Part shown: positions 42,801-52,261 of the stretch, in pieces | Position numbering within the stretch: position 1 is the first letter of the stretch | How the letters are laid out: every line of letters starts with the position of its first letter | DNA from: a virus | Lineage: Duplodnaviria > Caudoviricetes | Length of the DNA stretch: 56,418 nucleotides | IMG/VR virus record: IMGVR_UViG_3300048872_000176 | Coordinates: 1-56,418 of that record | Direction: 5' to 3' (one strand) | Made by a program: the position numbers and the translations under genes | Notes under the pieces: generated by a model | Seen by the model: the letters and a program-made list of their open reading frames with translations, nothing else | Told to the model about the DNA's origin: nothing | Database searches by the model: none

Positions 42801-44533
42801 TGGCCGACGAACAAGTTCAGGATCAACAGCAACCACCTGTAGCGGATGCTGCAAGCGCGTCTCAAATCAAACTTGATCTGAGTAAATCCCAGCCTTTGCC
42901 GCCTGCGGTTACTCTAGATATGAGTAAGTCCAAGCCTCTTACGGATGCTAATCCTGCGGCTCAACCTGGCGCGATTCAATCTAAAAAAGGTGGACCTGTT
43001 CAGAATGTGAACAACATGCCGCTTCCGAATCGTGCGGACGAAGTAGCAGCCGCTCAAGCCGCGGGTCACGCTACCGCTTCAGTTACTCCGGGGGGCGAAT
43101 TAGCAGTAGGCGCTATAAAAGGTTTGTACGAAACAGGGTTGGGTGGAGCGAAATTACTTTCTAAAGCTGCGAACGCACTCGGTCTCCACACGGACGAAAC
43201 TGATGCACTCGCTCATGATAATGTTTCTGCGTTTTCCGAAGCGATGACAAAACCCGAAGGTGCTGGCCAAACTATTGGTTCGCTCGGAGAAGGAATTGCT
43301 GAGTGGGCAGGCGGGGATGAAGTTTTGAAGGGCCTCACTAAACTCGCGAAAGTGCCCGAAGCTGTTCTGGCGTTAGCTGAAAAATATCCGAAGATTGCTA
43401 AACTTCTGACTGCTGGCGCTAAAGGTGCTGCGGTTGGTGGAGTGCAAGGGGCGCTTAAAGAAGGCTCCGTTGAGGGAGCCGAACACGGCGCTGAAGGCGG
43501 TGCGATTGGTGGAGCCGCGGGTGAATTGACGGGAATGGTTGCAAAGCCTATTCTAAAAGCTGCTGGGATCGGTACGTCCGCCGAAGAAGATATTATGCGG
43601 GCCGCACAACCCGGAAAACGAAATGATAGATTCCTAAAGGATTGGGCTACCGCGAAAGATAGAATTGTTGAGGAAGTCGAACAAAGCGGGAAATTCAAGG
43701 ATATGGGTGAGGCTGCGGATCGCATTGGCGATGTGCGCCGCGCAATCTGGACTGACGAAGTGATGCCCGTAATTGAAAAACACGCTGACGAAGTTTTCGA
43801 TACTACCGGAGTCGCGAACAGAGTTCGCAAACTAGCTGATTCGCCTGCCCTCCAAAAGAATTTTCCGGAAGATGCTAAGTTTCTGCATGACTTCGCGGAT
43901 AAATATACGAGTGGGACTCCGCTTTTTAGCGGCAAAAAAACTGTAGCGGAAGCCGAAAAAGAAATTGAACTCTACAATTCCAAGCTTGCGAACGAGGGCT
44001 ATTGGAAAAAAACTCCGAAAGAACGCGCTGTCATGGAGAAAGCAAATCCTAAAATTGCTGCGTGGCGGGCTGCTTCGGATGAGATTCGGGATGGACTGTA
44101 TAAACATCTTGGAAAAACTGAAGAAGGTATTGCTGCTCTTAAAAATGAATACGGAGCGGTTGGTAACATCGAAAACGAAATTCGTGGCCAGGTGAATGTA
44201 TCAGGTCGGCAACGTCCGTTGAGTTTGAAACAAATTGTCGGGTTAGCGAGCGGGCATCCTATCGGAATTGCTTCGGCTTTTCTCGACAAAATCTATAACG
44301 CGCCGGAAGAACTTCTAAACCGTGCGGTCTCGAAATCCGCTACTCCTGGTCCGGTTAAAAACGTGGTTCAAAATGCAGTGAAATCCGGAACAGAATCTGC
44401 GGGCACAGCAGGTGCCATCGCAGGGTCAAACCTCATCCGCTTCATTGCCAGCGACGGGTCTGTTCACTCAGTGAACGCCGACCAACTGGATGCCGCGAAA
44501 CAAATTGATCCGGGGCTTAAAGTTCAGGAGTAA
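42800..44533 (+). CDS. DNA ejection (internal virion) protein
   Basis: LD.SKS.PL repeats, GAAVGGVQG glycine zippers. Confidence 0.65.
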   Translation: MADEQVQDQQQPPVADAASASQIKLDLSKSQPLPPAVTLDMSKSKPLTDANPAAQPGAIQSKKGGPVQNVNNMPLPNRADEVAAAQAAGHATASVTPGGELAVGAIKGLYETGLGGAKLLSKAANALGLHTDETDALAHDNVSAFSEAMTKPEGAGQTIGSLGEGIAEWAGGDEVLKGLTKLAKVPEAVLALAEKYPKIAKLLTAGAKGAAVGGVQGALKEGSVEGAEHGAEGGAIGGAAGELTGMVAKPILKAAGIGTSAEEDIMRAAQPGKRNDRFLKDWATAKDRIVEEVEQSGKFKDMGEAADRIGDVRRAIWTDEVMPVIEKHADEVFDTTGVANRVRKLADSPALQKNFPEDAKFLHDFADKYTSGTPLFSGKKTVAEAEKEIELYNSKLANEGYWKKTPKERAVMEKANPKIAAWRAASDEIRDGLYKHLGKTEEGIAALKNEYGAVGNIENEIRGQVNVSGRQRPLSLKQIVGLASGHPIGIASAFLDKIYNAPEELLNRAVSKSATPGPVKNVVQNAVKSGTESAGTAGAIAGSNLIRFIASDGSVHSVNADQLDAAKQIDPGLKVQE

Positions 44534-45581
44534 GCGCACTCTTAACTGCGACTAACGCGGGTTTCGGGGTGTAACTTGCATCGAAAAGATTAGCATCTTC
44601 GTAACGTCCAGCGGTGTTTCCTGGAATCCAAGAATGCTTATCCGTAAAACCCCACACTTGGATCGCCGTACAACCTTGTGTTTCCAGACAAGCTTTGAAG
44701 ATAGATTGATAAACTCGTGCTTGGCGGGCATATCCAAAAACAGCGTGTTTAGGGATGGCAACGTCAAGTTCAGTGATGTGAACTTCTACTCCAAGCGCAA
44801 CGAAACGTTCCATGTTTGCTCGAAAAGATTGGATATTCAAACCCTCCAGCGTAAGATGAGTCTGAAATCCAACACCGTCAATTGGAATTCCGCGGCGTTT
44901 GAAATCCTTAACCATCGCATAAATCGCATCTGACTTTGCATTTATTTCTTCCGCTCCGAAATCATTGTAAAAAAGTTTCGCGGATGCATCCGATTCACGA
45001 GCCCATCTAAAAGCCATTTCGATATACGCGGTTCCAGGACCAACATTGATTCCCGGTCTGTTATACCAATGAGAGTTTTCCAGACTCCCGTTGCTTGCGA
45101 AAGCTTCATTAACAACATCCCAAGCAAATACGCGCCCGCGATAGTGACTCACAACAGTTCGGATGTGATCGTGAAGAACTTGGTCCATCTTTAAATCCGC
45201 CGCGCCAAGCCATTTCGGAAGCGCAAGACGCCAGAGCAGGCAGTGACCGCGGGTTTTCATTCCATGTTTTTCCGCGAAATTAAGAAGATCATCACCAGCG
45301 CGAAAATCGTAGATGTTTTTTGCAGGGTGAATTGTCGCCCACTTCATCGAATTTTCGGCTTCGACCATATCAAATTCCTGGACCAGAGTGAAGATGTATT
45401 GTGATTCACTAAGAAGCGCCGGGTCTACAGCCGTACCGATCAAAACGCTGTGCCCACGCATCGGAGATTCCTTTACAATTCGATCCTGATAAGCGGAATA
45501 ACAGATAAGTAGGAAAATTTCAACTAAGAGAATAACCGCAACGATGGGGCTTGCGAATTGCACTATCCGGTCGGTTTTCAT
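44517..45581 (-). CDS. GH10 endo-1,4-beta-xylanase with N-terminal membrane anchor
   Basis: ENSMKW, RGHCLLW, WDVVNE (acid/base), YNDF, DGVGFQTH, ITELDV (nucleophile), VWGFTDKHSW. Confidence 0.92.
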   Translation of the reverse strand: MKTDRIVQFASPIVAVILLVEIFLLICYSAYQDRIVKESPMRGHSVLIGTAVDPALLSESQYIFTLVQEFDMVEAENSMKWATIHPAKNIYDFRAGDDLLNFAEKHGMKTRGHCLLWRLALPKWLGAADLKMDQVLHDHIRTVVSHYRGRVFAWDVVNEAFASNGSLENSHWYNRPGINVGPGTAYIEMAFRWARESDASAKLFYNDFGAEEINAKSDAIYAMVKDFKRRGIPIDGVGFQTHLTLEGLNIQSFRANMERFVALGVEVHITELDVAIPKHAVFGYARQARVYQSIFKACLETQGCTAIQVWGFTDKHSWIPGNTAGRYEDANLFDASYTPKPALVAVKSALTPEL

Positions 45582-45605
45582 AACTTCTTCTTATCCTCTA
45601 TGTTT

Positions 45606-45634
45606 TTAATACCACAGAATTGCTAGGTTGTCAA
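45606..45634 (-). promoter_or_regulatory. sigma70 promoter for the GH10 gene
   Basis: TTGACA-17-TATTAA with TG extension. Confidence 0.6.
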
Positions 45635-45641
45635 GAGAAAA

Positions 45642-46868
45642 ATGCCTGATGAATCTTTAGTCCAAACCGTCAAGAGAAACCTGACTCCTGACCCTGTTAA
45701 CTCAAATGCTGCGAAGGGCCCCGGCCATGAGTTTGATTCAGGCTCCCCGCAGGCTGAAGGCGAAGCGCAATATAAAGAAAAATTCGGATCGCCCCAGGAA
45801 ATAGCCTACGGAAAGCTGAAGAATTGGTTGTCCGAACATGAACAACATTTTTCGGACAAAGTTTTGAAACCTTTTCGTGCCGGGCTTGACAATATGGCCG
45901 AAGACTTGCAAACGGCTGCGGAAACAGGGCATACTAAATCAGGCGGGCAAATGAATCCCGTTACTCGGGCGCTCACGGGAGCCGCTGGTGAGGCTTTGAA
46001 AATGGTTCCGGTCGGGAAAGATGTGAAGGAATCCGCTGCTTTGATGGTGCCTATGGATTTTGGAAGCTTAGAAGGTCACACTCTAATCGAACGCGCCCCG
46101 AAAATTCTTCACGAACCCGGCGAAGCAACAAACATTGTTCGTCTTGCACAAGGCGATAAAACTCATGGTATGGTAAAGTACACGATGGGTGAAAACAATG
46201 AAGCAGCGATCACCGCGGCTAATCTCAACCCGGAAATGCGGGGTAAAGGTTTTGGCAAGAAAATGTATGAAGAAGCCGCCCAGCAAGCGAAGGCTAAAGG
46301 CGCAACCGCTATCACTTCCGATCTTGCTGGCACCGATTCGTACGATTCAGGACGAGTTTGGGATAGTTTGATGAAAGACCATCCGGACGAAATTACTAAG
46401 ATTGCGTCCAAGCCGGGCTCTCCGGGTTATCGGTGGGAGTTGAATTCACCCAAAGCGTCGCCTAAAGACGTGATTGAAAAAGCCGGACTCGTCTACAAAG
46501 GTGAAGTTTCAAAAGGTACAGGAGTTCATCAATTTGAGCATCCTGGCCACCCTGGAAAAACCGCTGCGTTAAAGGAATCTGACATCACACCCGAAGGTGT
46601 GAAAAATCACATGGATTCTAAGCTGAAGGATTTCCGCGAAGCTGAGGCTAAGAAAAAAGCCGTGGAGAAAGGCTCGGAAGGCCTTCAGAAAAACATAGAT
46701 TTTAAAGCAACCGCCAAAGACGCGAAGTTGCCGGAATCCGACAAGAAAACGCTAACGCCTGCTTATCTTTTAAAGCACGAAAATCATTTCGATCCGAACG
46801 TAGTGACGCCGGAACAACTGATCGACAAAGGCGTTTTAACGGGTATGAAACCAATGGTTAAGACGTAA
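45642..46868 (+). CDS. Ejection-protein-like polypeptide with GNAT acetyltransferase domain
   Basis: PEMRGKGFGKKMY...A..KGA..ITSD acetyl-CoA motif. Confidence 0.7.
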   Translation: MPDESLVQTVKRNLTPDPVNSNAAKGPGHEFDSGSPQAEGEAQYKEKFGSPQEIAYGKLKNWLSEHEQHFSDKVLKPFRAGLDNMAEDLQTAAETGHTKSGGQMNPVTRALTGAAGEALKMVPVGKDVKESAALMVPMDFGSLEGHTLIERAPKILHEPGEATNIVRLAQGDKTHGMVKYTMGENNEAAITAANLNPEMRGKGFGKKMYEEAAQQAKAKGATAITSDLAGTDSYDSGRVWDSLMKDHPDEITKIASKPGSPGYRWELNSPKASPKDVIEKAGLVYKGEVSKGTGVHQFEHPGHPGKTAALKESDITPEGVKNHMDSKLKDFREAEAKKKAVEKGSEGLQKNIDFKATAKDAKLPESDKKTLTPAYLLKHENHFDPNVVTPEQLIDKGVLTGMKPMVKT

Positions 46869-47082
46869 CCGTTAAAATTCTCTGATGAATACTGTGGGCG
46901 ATATACTTGCTCACGAGTTGTTCGTCCGTCAAGCTGTTCAGTATCCGAACAAACCTGTCGGTCGGTTCATAACCCTGTTTAGCTTTTCCTCTTGTTTGAA
47001 GTAAACCTCTCCTCAAACTAGCCGCTAAATGCGGGTTCTTAATCAACCGCTCTTGGATCGCGTTCGTAGCCTCGTTTTGCAT
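46858..47082 (-). CDS. hypothetical protein (74 aa, antisense insert)
   Basis: AGGAG RBS before MQNEATNAIQ...; own promoter. Confidence 0.65.
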   Translation of the reverse strand: MQNEATNAIQERLIKNPHLAASLRRGLLQTRGKAKQGYEPTDRFVRILNSLTDEQLVSKYIAHSIHQRILTVTS

Positions 47083-47098
47083 GTTTTCTCCTACCCAA

Positions 47099-47177
47099 AC
47101 TCTATCAACCTCCCCAAACCATGTCAAGTTTTTTCTTTCAGAATTTAGTTGACTTTCAAGACAAACTAAGGTACTAT
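47099..47177. promoter_or_regulatory. Divergent sigma70 promoter pair
   Basis: Minus TTGACA(47127-47122)-17-TAGAGT; plus TTGACT(47149-47154)-17-TACTAT. Confidence 0.65.
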
Positions 47178-47200
47178 GATGTACTAGGAAAAAATTATAC

Positions 47201-47650
47201 ATGCAAGGATCATCGTTTATTGCCGCAGAACTGGCCCGATTAGCTTGGCTGGACGCGCACGAAGAGGGACTTTTAGGCATGTTAGGGGTTTGTTTTACCA
47301 TCAGAAATCGAGTTCGGGCCGGATGGTTTTCAGGGAACTGGGTGGAGGTACTCTCGAACCATCGCACATACTCAGCTAAAACAGAACCTTACCCCGATAC
47401 GGTGCCTGACCCACGAGTGTATGCGTTTCAATGTTTGCTCCAGGACATCGACGCTATTTTTTCCGGGCAACGAGTAGATGACGTGACGATTCCGGCCAAC
47501 CCTTCTTTCGCCATACAGGCTTACAAACCCGCTCTTTATTACGGACGTTTGGACCAAATCACGAATCCTTGGTTTCTCGAAAACATTGCCCGTCAACCTG
47601 AAATTCACCCGCGTGTAGCGCAGGTAGGAATGATGTACTTTTTCGCATGA
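47201..47650 (+). CDS. SleB/Hydrolase_2-like cell wall hydrolase (putative endolysin)
   Basis: LARLAW.DA.EE...GM.GV...IRNRV, ALYY, VG..YFF. Confidence 0.7.
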   Translation: MQGSSFIAAELARLAWLDAHEEGLLGMLGVCFTIRNRVRAGWFSGNWVEVLSNHRTYSAKTEPYPDTVPDPRVYAFQCLLQDIDAIFSGQRVDDVTIPANPSFAIQAYKPALYYGRLDQITNPWFLENIARQPEIHPRVAQVGMMYFFA

Positions 47651-48078
47651 CCGCTTCTAATGCCTATTTTTTACGCCAGTATGGAATTACTTTAGCTGAA
47701 CGAGCCGCAATTGTTGAGGAACAAGATAACAAATGCGCAGCATGTGGACGGATTTTTGATGAAGCTGTTCGCATGGAAGTAGACCATGACCACACCATGG
47801 CACGAACAAAATTAATTATTGAGCGTCTTCCAGACTGGAATTGGGCCGCTTTCCTAAATAAAACCGACACTTCTTGCATTGCAATTGGGACCACTAGAGC
47901 AGAAGCCCGAAAGAATGGGCAAAGAGTTTTGCGGCGCAGGTCTGTTCGAGGCGTTTTGTGTGGGGGTCGGTATGCTGGATGTAACCGAAAAATGGGTAGA
48001 ATCGATAAAATCCCGTGGTTACAAGCTGTTACCGCCTACCTGCAAAATCCCCCCGCGAGAAGAATCTTGACTTTCTAA
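47647..48078 (+). CDS. Endonuclease VII-like HNH protein
   Basis: QYGIT...Q.NKCAACG...VDHDH...VRGVLC...CN. Confidence 0.8.
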   Translation: MTASNAYFLRQYGITLAERAAIVEEQDNKCAACGRIFDEAVRMEVDHDHTMARTKLIIERLPDWNWAAFLNKTDTSCIAIGTTRAEARKNGQRVLRRRSVRGVLCGGRYAGCNRKMGRIDKIPWLQAVTAYLQNPPARRILTF

Positions 48079-48095
48079 CACGTCCATGATACGCT
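48067..48095 (+). promoter_or_regulatory. sigma70 promoter
   Basis: TTGACT-17-TACGCT with TG extension. Confidence 0.55.
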
Positions 48096-48109
48096 TTTTT
48101 TGGAGGCTT

Positions 48110-48421
48110 ATGGGACCACTGATTTTAGCAGCAATCACAGGCGGTTTGATCCTTTTACTTTTTCTAACTCTTCTTAATTACCGGGGACGGGCTATCAATG
48201 CGGAAAATAAACGAGACGAAGCCATAACTATTTCTGCTCGGGCGCTCGAAGCAAAATCAACCGCTGAGGAAGGTTTTCAGAAAATGAAAACTCTCTTTGA
48301 TGAGAAGATGAAGATGCCTGTAGTCGCTTTCATGACTGACGAACAAATCAACACCATCGCGAACTACCTAGCCGAAAAACTTTTTATGTCGAATACTCGC
48401 TTAACGAGTAAAACCCAATGA
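48110..48421 (+). CDS. TM plus coiled-coil protein (lysis accessory?)
   Basis: GGAGG RBS, N-terminal TM helix. Confidence 0.55.
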   Translation: MGPLILAAITGGLILLLFLTLLNYRGRAINAENKRDEAITISARALEAKSTAEEGFQKMKTLFDEKMKMPVVAFMTDEQINTIANYLAEKLFMSNTRLTSKTQ

Positions 48422-49119
48422 ACTTCGCGGCGGATTTTGATTGGCTCAAACATCATGTAATTTTACTTTTATTGGTTGTAGGATTAGTGATTGGGTCAAT
48501 CTACGGTATCGAATCCGTAATCGCTAAACACGATCACGAAAAAGATGTTCAGATGCAAACGCTGGCCCAAACGATGGTTCAGCAAAACCAGCTTTTTCAG
48601 CAGCAAACTAAGGCTGAAATCGATACGCTCGTGCAACAGAATGCAGTTTTGATTCAACAAAACACGGCTCTCGCCTCCGCAATCACCTCACGGGATGCTC
48701 AGTTGCGTACGCAGCAATCTCAGGTTCCGCAACTCAACCCCGATCAATTATCCGTCGAGTGGCAAAAAAGCATCAAAAACGCGGGTAACATAAAACCTGC
48801 TACGGGCGGGTATCTTGTAGATCAATCCGCAGCGGTCGCAAGTCTTCAGGCCATTGAAGCGGTGCCCGTGCTTCAGCAGGACGTTATCGATCTGCAAAAG
48901 TCAAACGCGAACCTTTCTGTTCAGTTAGGGAACGAAACTTCAATATTTCTAGCGGAACAAAAAGCGCACGCTTCGGATAATGCGTCGAATACCGCCGTAA
49001 TCTACGCAAAAGATGCGGAGATTAAAGATGTGAAAGCGCAGTGTCGGAAAAGCAAAACGAAGATTGCGGCTATTGCTGGTGTGATCGGTTTCATTGTTCG
49101 GCATTTTGTGGGATTTTGA
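48418..49119 (+). CDS. Spanin-like TM coiled-coil protein
   Basis: N-terminal TM, long Gln-rich coiled coil, hydrophobic C-terminus, near endolysin. Confidence 0.55.
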   Translation: MNFAADFDWLKHHVILLLLVVGLVIGSIYGIESVIAKHDHEKDVQMQTLAQTMVQQNQLFQQQTKAEIDTLVQQNAVLIQQNTALASAITSRDAQLRTQQSQVPQLNPDQLSVEWQKSIKNAGNIKPATGGYLVDQSAAVASLQAIEAVPVLQQDVIDLQKSNANLSVQLGNETSIFLAEQKAHASDNASNTAVIYAKDAEIKDVKAQCRKSKTKIAAIAGVIGFIVRHFVGF

Positions 49120-49562
49120 TGATCGTTCAAGCAAAAATCCGACTTTACATCCCTTGTGGAACCTGTACAGAAGGTTCTTGGCGAGTAGACCACTTAGCTA
49201 TTGGGTTCAAAACTCACTGGGCTTGTGAAAATTGCCGTCGTTATTTCAACATAAAACGAATTAGCGAGACGGATTTTCAGGTTTCTTTACGCCCAGAAAT
49301 GGAGACGCCTGTTACCGTAACTTTAGAGTCTGTGACGGTTCCAAAAATTACCGTGAAGTTGAATGCTTGGAAATACGGTCACAGTCAAAACGAAACAAAA
49401 GAAGAGTACGAATCGCACCAACAATATTACTACGACGAACATGCTTGCCCGACGAACTGGACGAGTCAGATCGAACAAATTATTTTTGACGGCGACACCG
49501 ATCCACACGGTGTTTTCCAATTCGTTTCAGTAGAAGATGGGCATTTCAAAGACCCAAACTAG
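49119..49562 (+). CDS. hypothetical Zn-binding protein
   Basis: CxxC..CxxC, YYYDEHACPTNW. Confidence 0.65.
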   Translation: MIVQAKIRLYIPCGTCTEGSWRVDHLAIGFKTHWACENCRRYFNIKRISETDFQVSLRPEMETPVTVTLESVTVPKITVKLNAWKYGHSQNETKEEYESHQQYYYDEHACPTNWTSQIEQIIFDGDTDPHGVFQFVSVEDGHFKDPN

Positions 49563-49569
49563 GAGACTC

Positions 49570-50730
49570 ATGGCTGGTTATTCCATCAGACGGTGCCCGA
49601 ATTGTAAAGAAACAAAAACATTCCGGAAAGATTGTTTGACCTGCGGGTGTGTGAAAAATGTTTGGAAAGGTAAGCAACCACTCGCGCCTAGTGTAGTTCC
49701 GACTACGCCTCCAACACCGCAGCAACAAGTAGACATTGAACTTGAAAAACTCAGAGTGAAAAAAGAGGGTGGTAATGAAAAAATTTCTATCCTGCAAGAG
49801 TTGGTGTTAAAACTCGAAAAAGAGAATGATGCCCTTTTGAGTATTTCGAGCGCGACTCCGCAGATTATTGATGTACTACCGAAGGCTGCTACGAACAAAT
49901 CCGAGTCCGCCGCCGTTTTAGTCTGGTCGGACTGGCATATTGAAGAAGAAGTTCGCGCCGAAGCCGTCAGTAATAAAAATGAATTCAATTTGGAAATCGG
50001 AGATCGAAGATTCACAAATCTTCTGCACGGCGGGCTAGCCTGGTACAAAATCGAAAGTCAGAAAACCACGATCAAGACGATTGTGATTGCCGCGCTCGGT
50101 GATTTTATCACAGGCAGCATCCACGAAGATTTGGCCGAAAGCAATTTACTGCCGCCCGTCGAAGCGATCTACAAGGCCCAAGGAATGCTTATCAGCGGGA
50201 TTAAATTCATGCTGGAGAACACGCCTACGGATGTAGAACTTATTTTCGTTGGGCACTCGGGCAATCATGGAAGAATGACTAAGAAACAGCGGATCGCAAC
50301 CGAAGCTGGAAACTCGCTAGAATTATATATGTACTATACGATCCGCGATTTTTTCAAAAACGAAAAGCGATTGAAGTTCGTAATTTCTACAGGCTATCAT
50401 TCGTTCGTACGATTCTTTGGCGGACAGTATGAAGTTCGTTTCCATCATGGTCACATGGTGAACTACCAAGGAGGTGTTGGTGGAATCACCATTCCTGTCA
50501 ACAAAGCAATTGCGCAATGGAATAAAGCTCATCCAGTTAATCTTGACGTGTTCGGACATTTCCACACCCGTTTTGACGGCGGAAACTTCATCGCGAACGG
50601 CTCACTCATTGGCTACAATGCGTATGCAGTCTCTATCAAAGCTTCTTACGAGAAGCCAAGCCAAACCTTCTTTTTAATCAACAAAGAGTATGGAGAAAAA
50701 ACCGTAGTGGCCCCGATCTTCCTCGATTAA
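49570..50730 (+). CDS. Calcineurin-like metallophosphoesterase
   Basis: SDWH, GD, GNHGR, HHGH, GHFH. Confidence 0.85.
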   Translation: MAGYSIRRCPNCKETKTFRKDCLTCGCVKNVWKGKQPLAPSVVPTTPPTPQQQVDIELEKLRVKKEGGNEKISILQELVLKLEKENDALLSISSATPQIIDVLPKAATNKSESAAVLVWSDWHIEEEVRAEAVSNKNEFNLEIGDRRFTNLLHGGLAWYKIESQKTTIKTIVIAALGDFITGSIHEDLAESNLLPPVEAIYKAQGMLISGIKFMLENTPTDVELIFVGHSGNHGRMTKKQRIATEAGNSLELYMYYTIRDFFKNEKRLKFVISTGYHSFVRFFGGQYEVRFHHGHMVNYQGGVGGITIPVNKAIAQWNKAHPVNLDVFGHFHTRFDGGNFIANGSLIGYNAYAVSIKASYEKPSQTFFLINKEYGEKTVVAPIFLD

Positions 50731-50745
50731 GGAACATCACTAATC

Positions 50746-51732
50746 ATGAAAAAAGAACTGTCTGAAGCTATAGCGACAATTCAAAAGCAACACGGTAAGA
50801 TGGCGGTTTTCCCTCTCGGATCGAACGCCAAGCTTGACGTGGCAGTCATTCCATCCGGATCGTTGTCCGTCGATATAGCTCTCGGAATTGGCGGATTTCC
50901 CCGCGGGCGTGTGATCGAAATTTACGGTCCTGAATCCGGTGGAAAAACCACTCTTACTCTTCACCTCATCGCTGAAGCTCAAAAACTCGGAGGGACCGCC
51001 GCCTTCATCGATGCCGAGCACGCACTCGATCCTAAGTATGCTCGTGCATTGGGCGTAGACACGGAAAATCTACTCGTGTCTCAGCCGGACAACGGCGAGC
51101 AAGCTTTGGAAATTGCTGAAACCCTCATCAAATCCGGAGCCGTGGACGTACTCGTCATCGATTCCGTAGCCGCTCTCGTCCCGCGGGCGGAACTTGAAGG
51201 CGAGATGGGCGATCCCCAAATGGGTCTTCAAGCCCGTTTGATGTCTCAAGCTCTTCGTAAACTCACAGCAATCTCCGCGAAGTCTAAAACCTGTCTTGTT
51301 TTCATTAACCAAATCCGCGAAAAAATAGGTGTTATGTTCGGCAATCCAGAAACAACCACGGGTGGCCGGGCTCTAAAGTTCTACGCATCCATCCGCGTGG
51401 ACGTACGCAGAATCGGTAAACCTACTGAAACCGATGGAGTGAAAACCTCCAATCCCATCAAAATCAAAATCGTGAAAAATAAGCTTGCGGCCCCATTCTG
51501 CGAGGTGGAAACTGAAATTATTTACGGCGAAGGAATTTCTAAAGAAGCTGATCTCGTCACGTACTCCGTCGAAAACAACTTGATTGAAAAGTCCGGAACG
51601 TGGTATTCTTTTAAAGGCGAACGAATCGGTCAGGGCGCGGAACAAGCTAAGAATTTCCTGAAGGCTAATCCTGAGATTCGTGCGCAACTAGAGGCCACGC
51701 TCCGTAAAAAATACTTTCCGGAGGCGAAATGA
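50746..51732 (+). CDS. recA: Recombinase RecA
   Basis: [48 protein letters not shown]. Confidence 0.97.
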   Translation: MKKELSEAIATIQKQHGKMAVFPLGSNAKLDVAVIPSGSLSVDIALGIGGFPRGRVIEIYGPESGGKTTLTLHLIAEAQKLGGTAAFIDAEHALDPKYARALGVDTENLLVSQPDNGEQALEIAETLIKSGAVDVLVIDSVAALVPRAELEGEMGDPQMGLQARLMSQALRKLTAISAKSKTCLVFINQIREKIGVMFGNPETTTGGRALKFYASIRVDVRRIGKPTETDGVKTSNPIKIKIVKNKLAAPFCEVETEIIYGEGISKEADLVTYSVENNLIEKSGTWYSFKGERIGQGAEQAKNFLKANPEIRAQLEATLRKKYFPEAK

Positions 51733-52130
51733 GTACGCCGACCCCTTACAAGTTTTGTGATCTTCACTTCAAAGTCTCTTGTCCTATTTGTATTCCCGGC
51801 GCGGCGCAGCCAACTCCTGTGAATGACGAACCTGTTCAGAAAATGTCTAGCTCAATAAAAATCGGAGAAACAACGGTTGTTGCCGGGCAGGAAATTATAG
51901 TAAGCGTTGCGGAACCCGTACTTACCGATCCTGCTGCTCAGAAAATCGTAGAATCGGCCCACAGTTACGCCCGTGCCCGAGAAGCTGTTTCGATTATTAG
52001 TGTTCAAGTTTCGGAGACCCGACAACTTCTGGCCGCGCTGGAAAAGAAGTTAAAAGAAACCATCGAAATTTCTGAAGCCGCCCAGGATGAACTTAGAAAT
52101 GCGACAACCAAAACAGTTAATCCTGCCTGA
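51729..52130 (+). CDS. hypothetical protein
   Basis: ATGA overlap; N-terminal C..H...C..C, C-terminal coiled coil. Confidence 0.65.
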   Translation: MSTPTPYKFCDLHFKVSCPICIPGAAQPTPVNDEPVQKMSSSIKIGETTVVAGQEIIVSVAEPVLTDPAAQKIVESAHSYARAREAVSIISVQVSETRQLLAALEKKLKETIEISEAAQDELRNATTKTVNPA

Positions 52131-52261
52131 ACCTTGCGTTCAATTTATGAACAGGCGAAAACAAAAACTAGCTGGCCCCATGGAGTTCGACAAAACTCTC
52201 GCGTACGATGGCCTCCTTCACATAACTCATATTCCCGCAACTTGCCCGCGAGAGGAACATA

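Noticed and set aside
51729-52130. Fourth protein ending in NPA* (KTVNPA)
   Set aside because: Lacks the preceding Gly and aromatic pattern and lies in the replication region; probably chance
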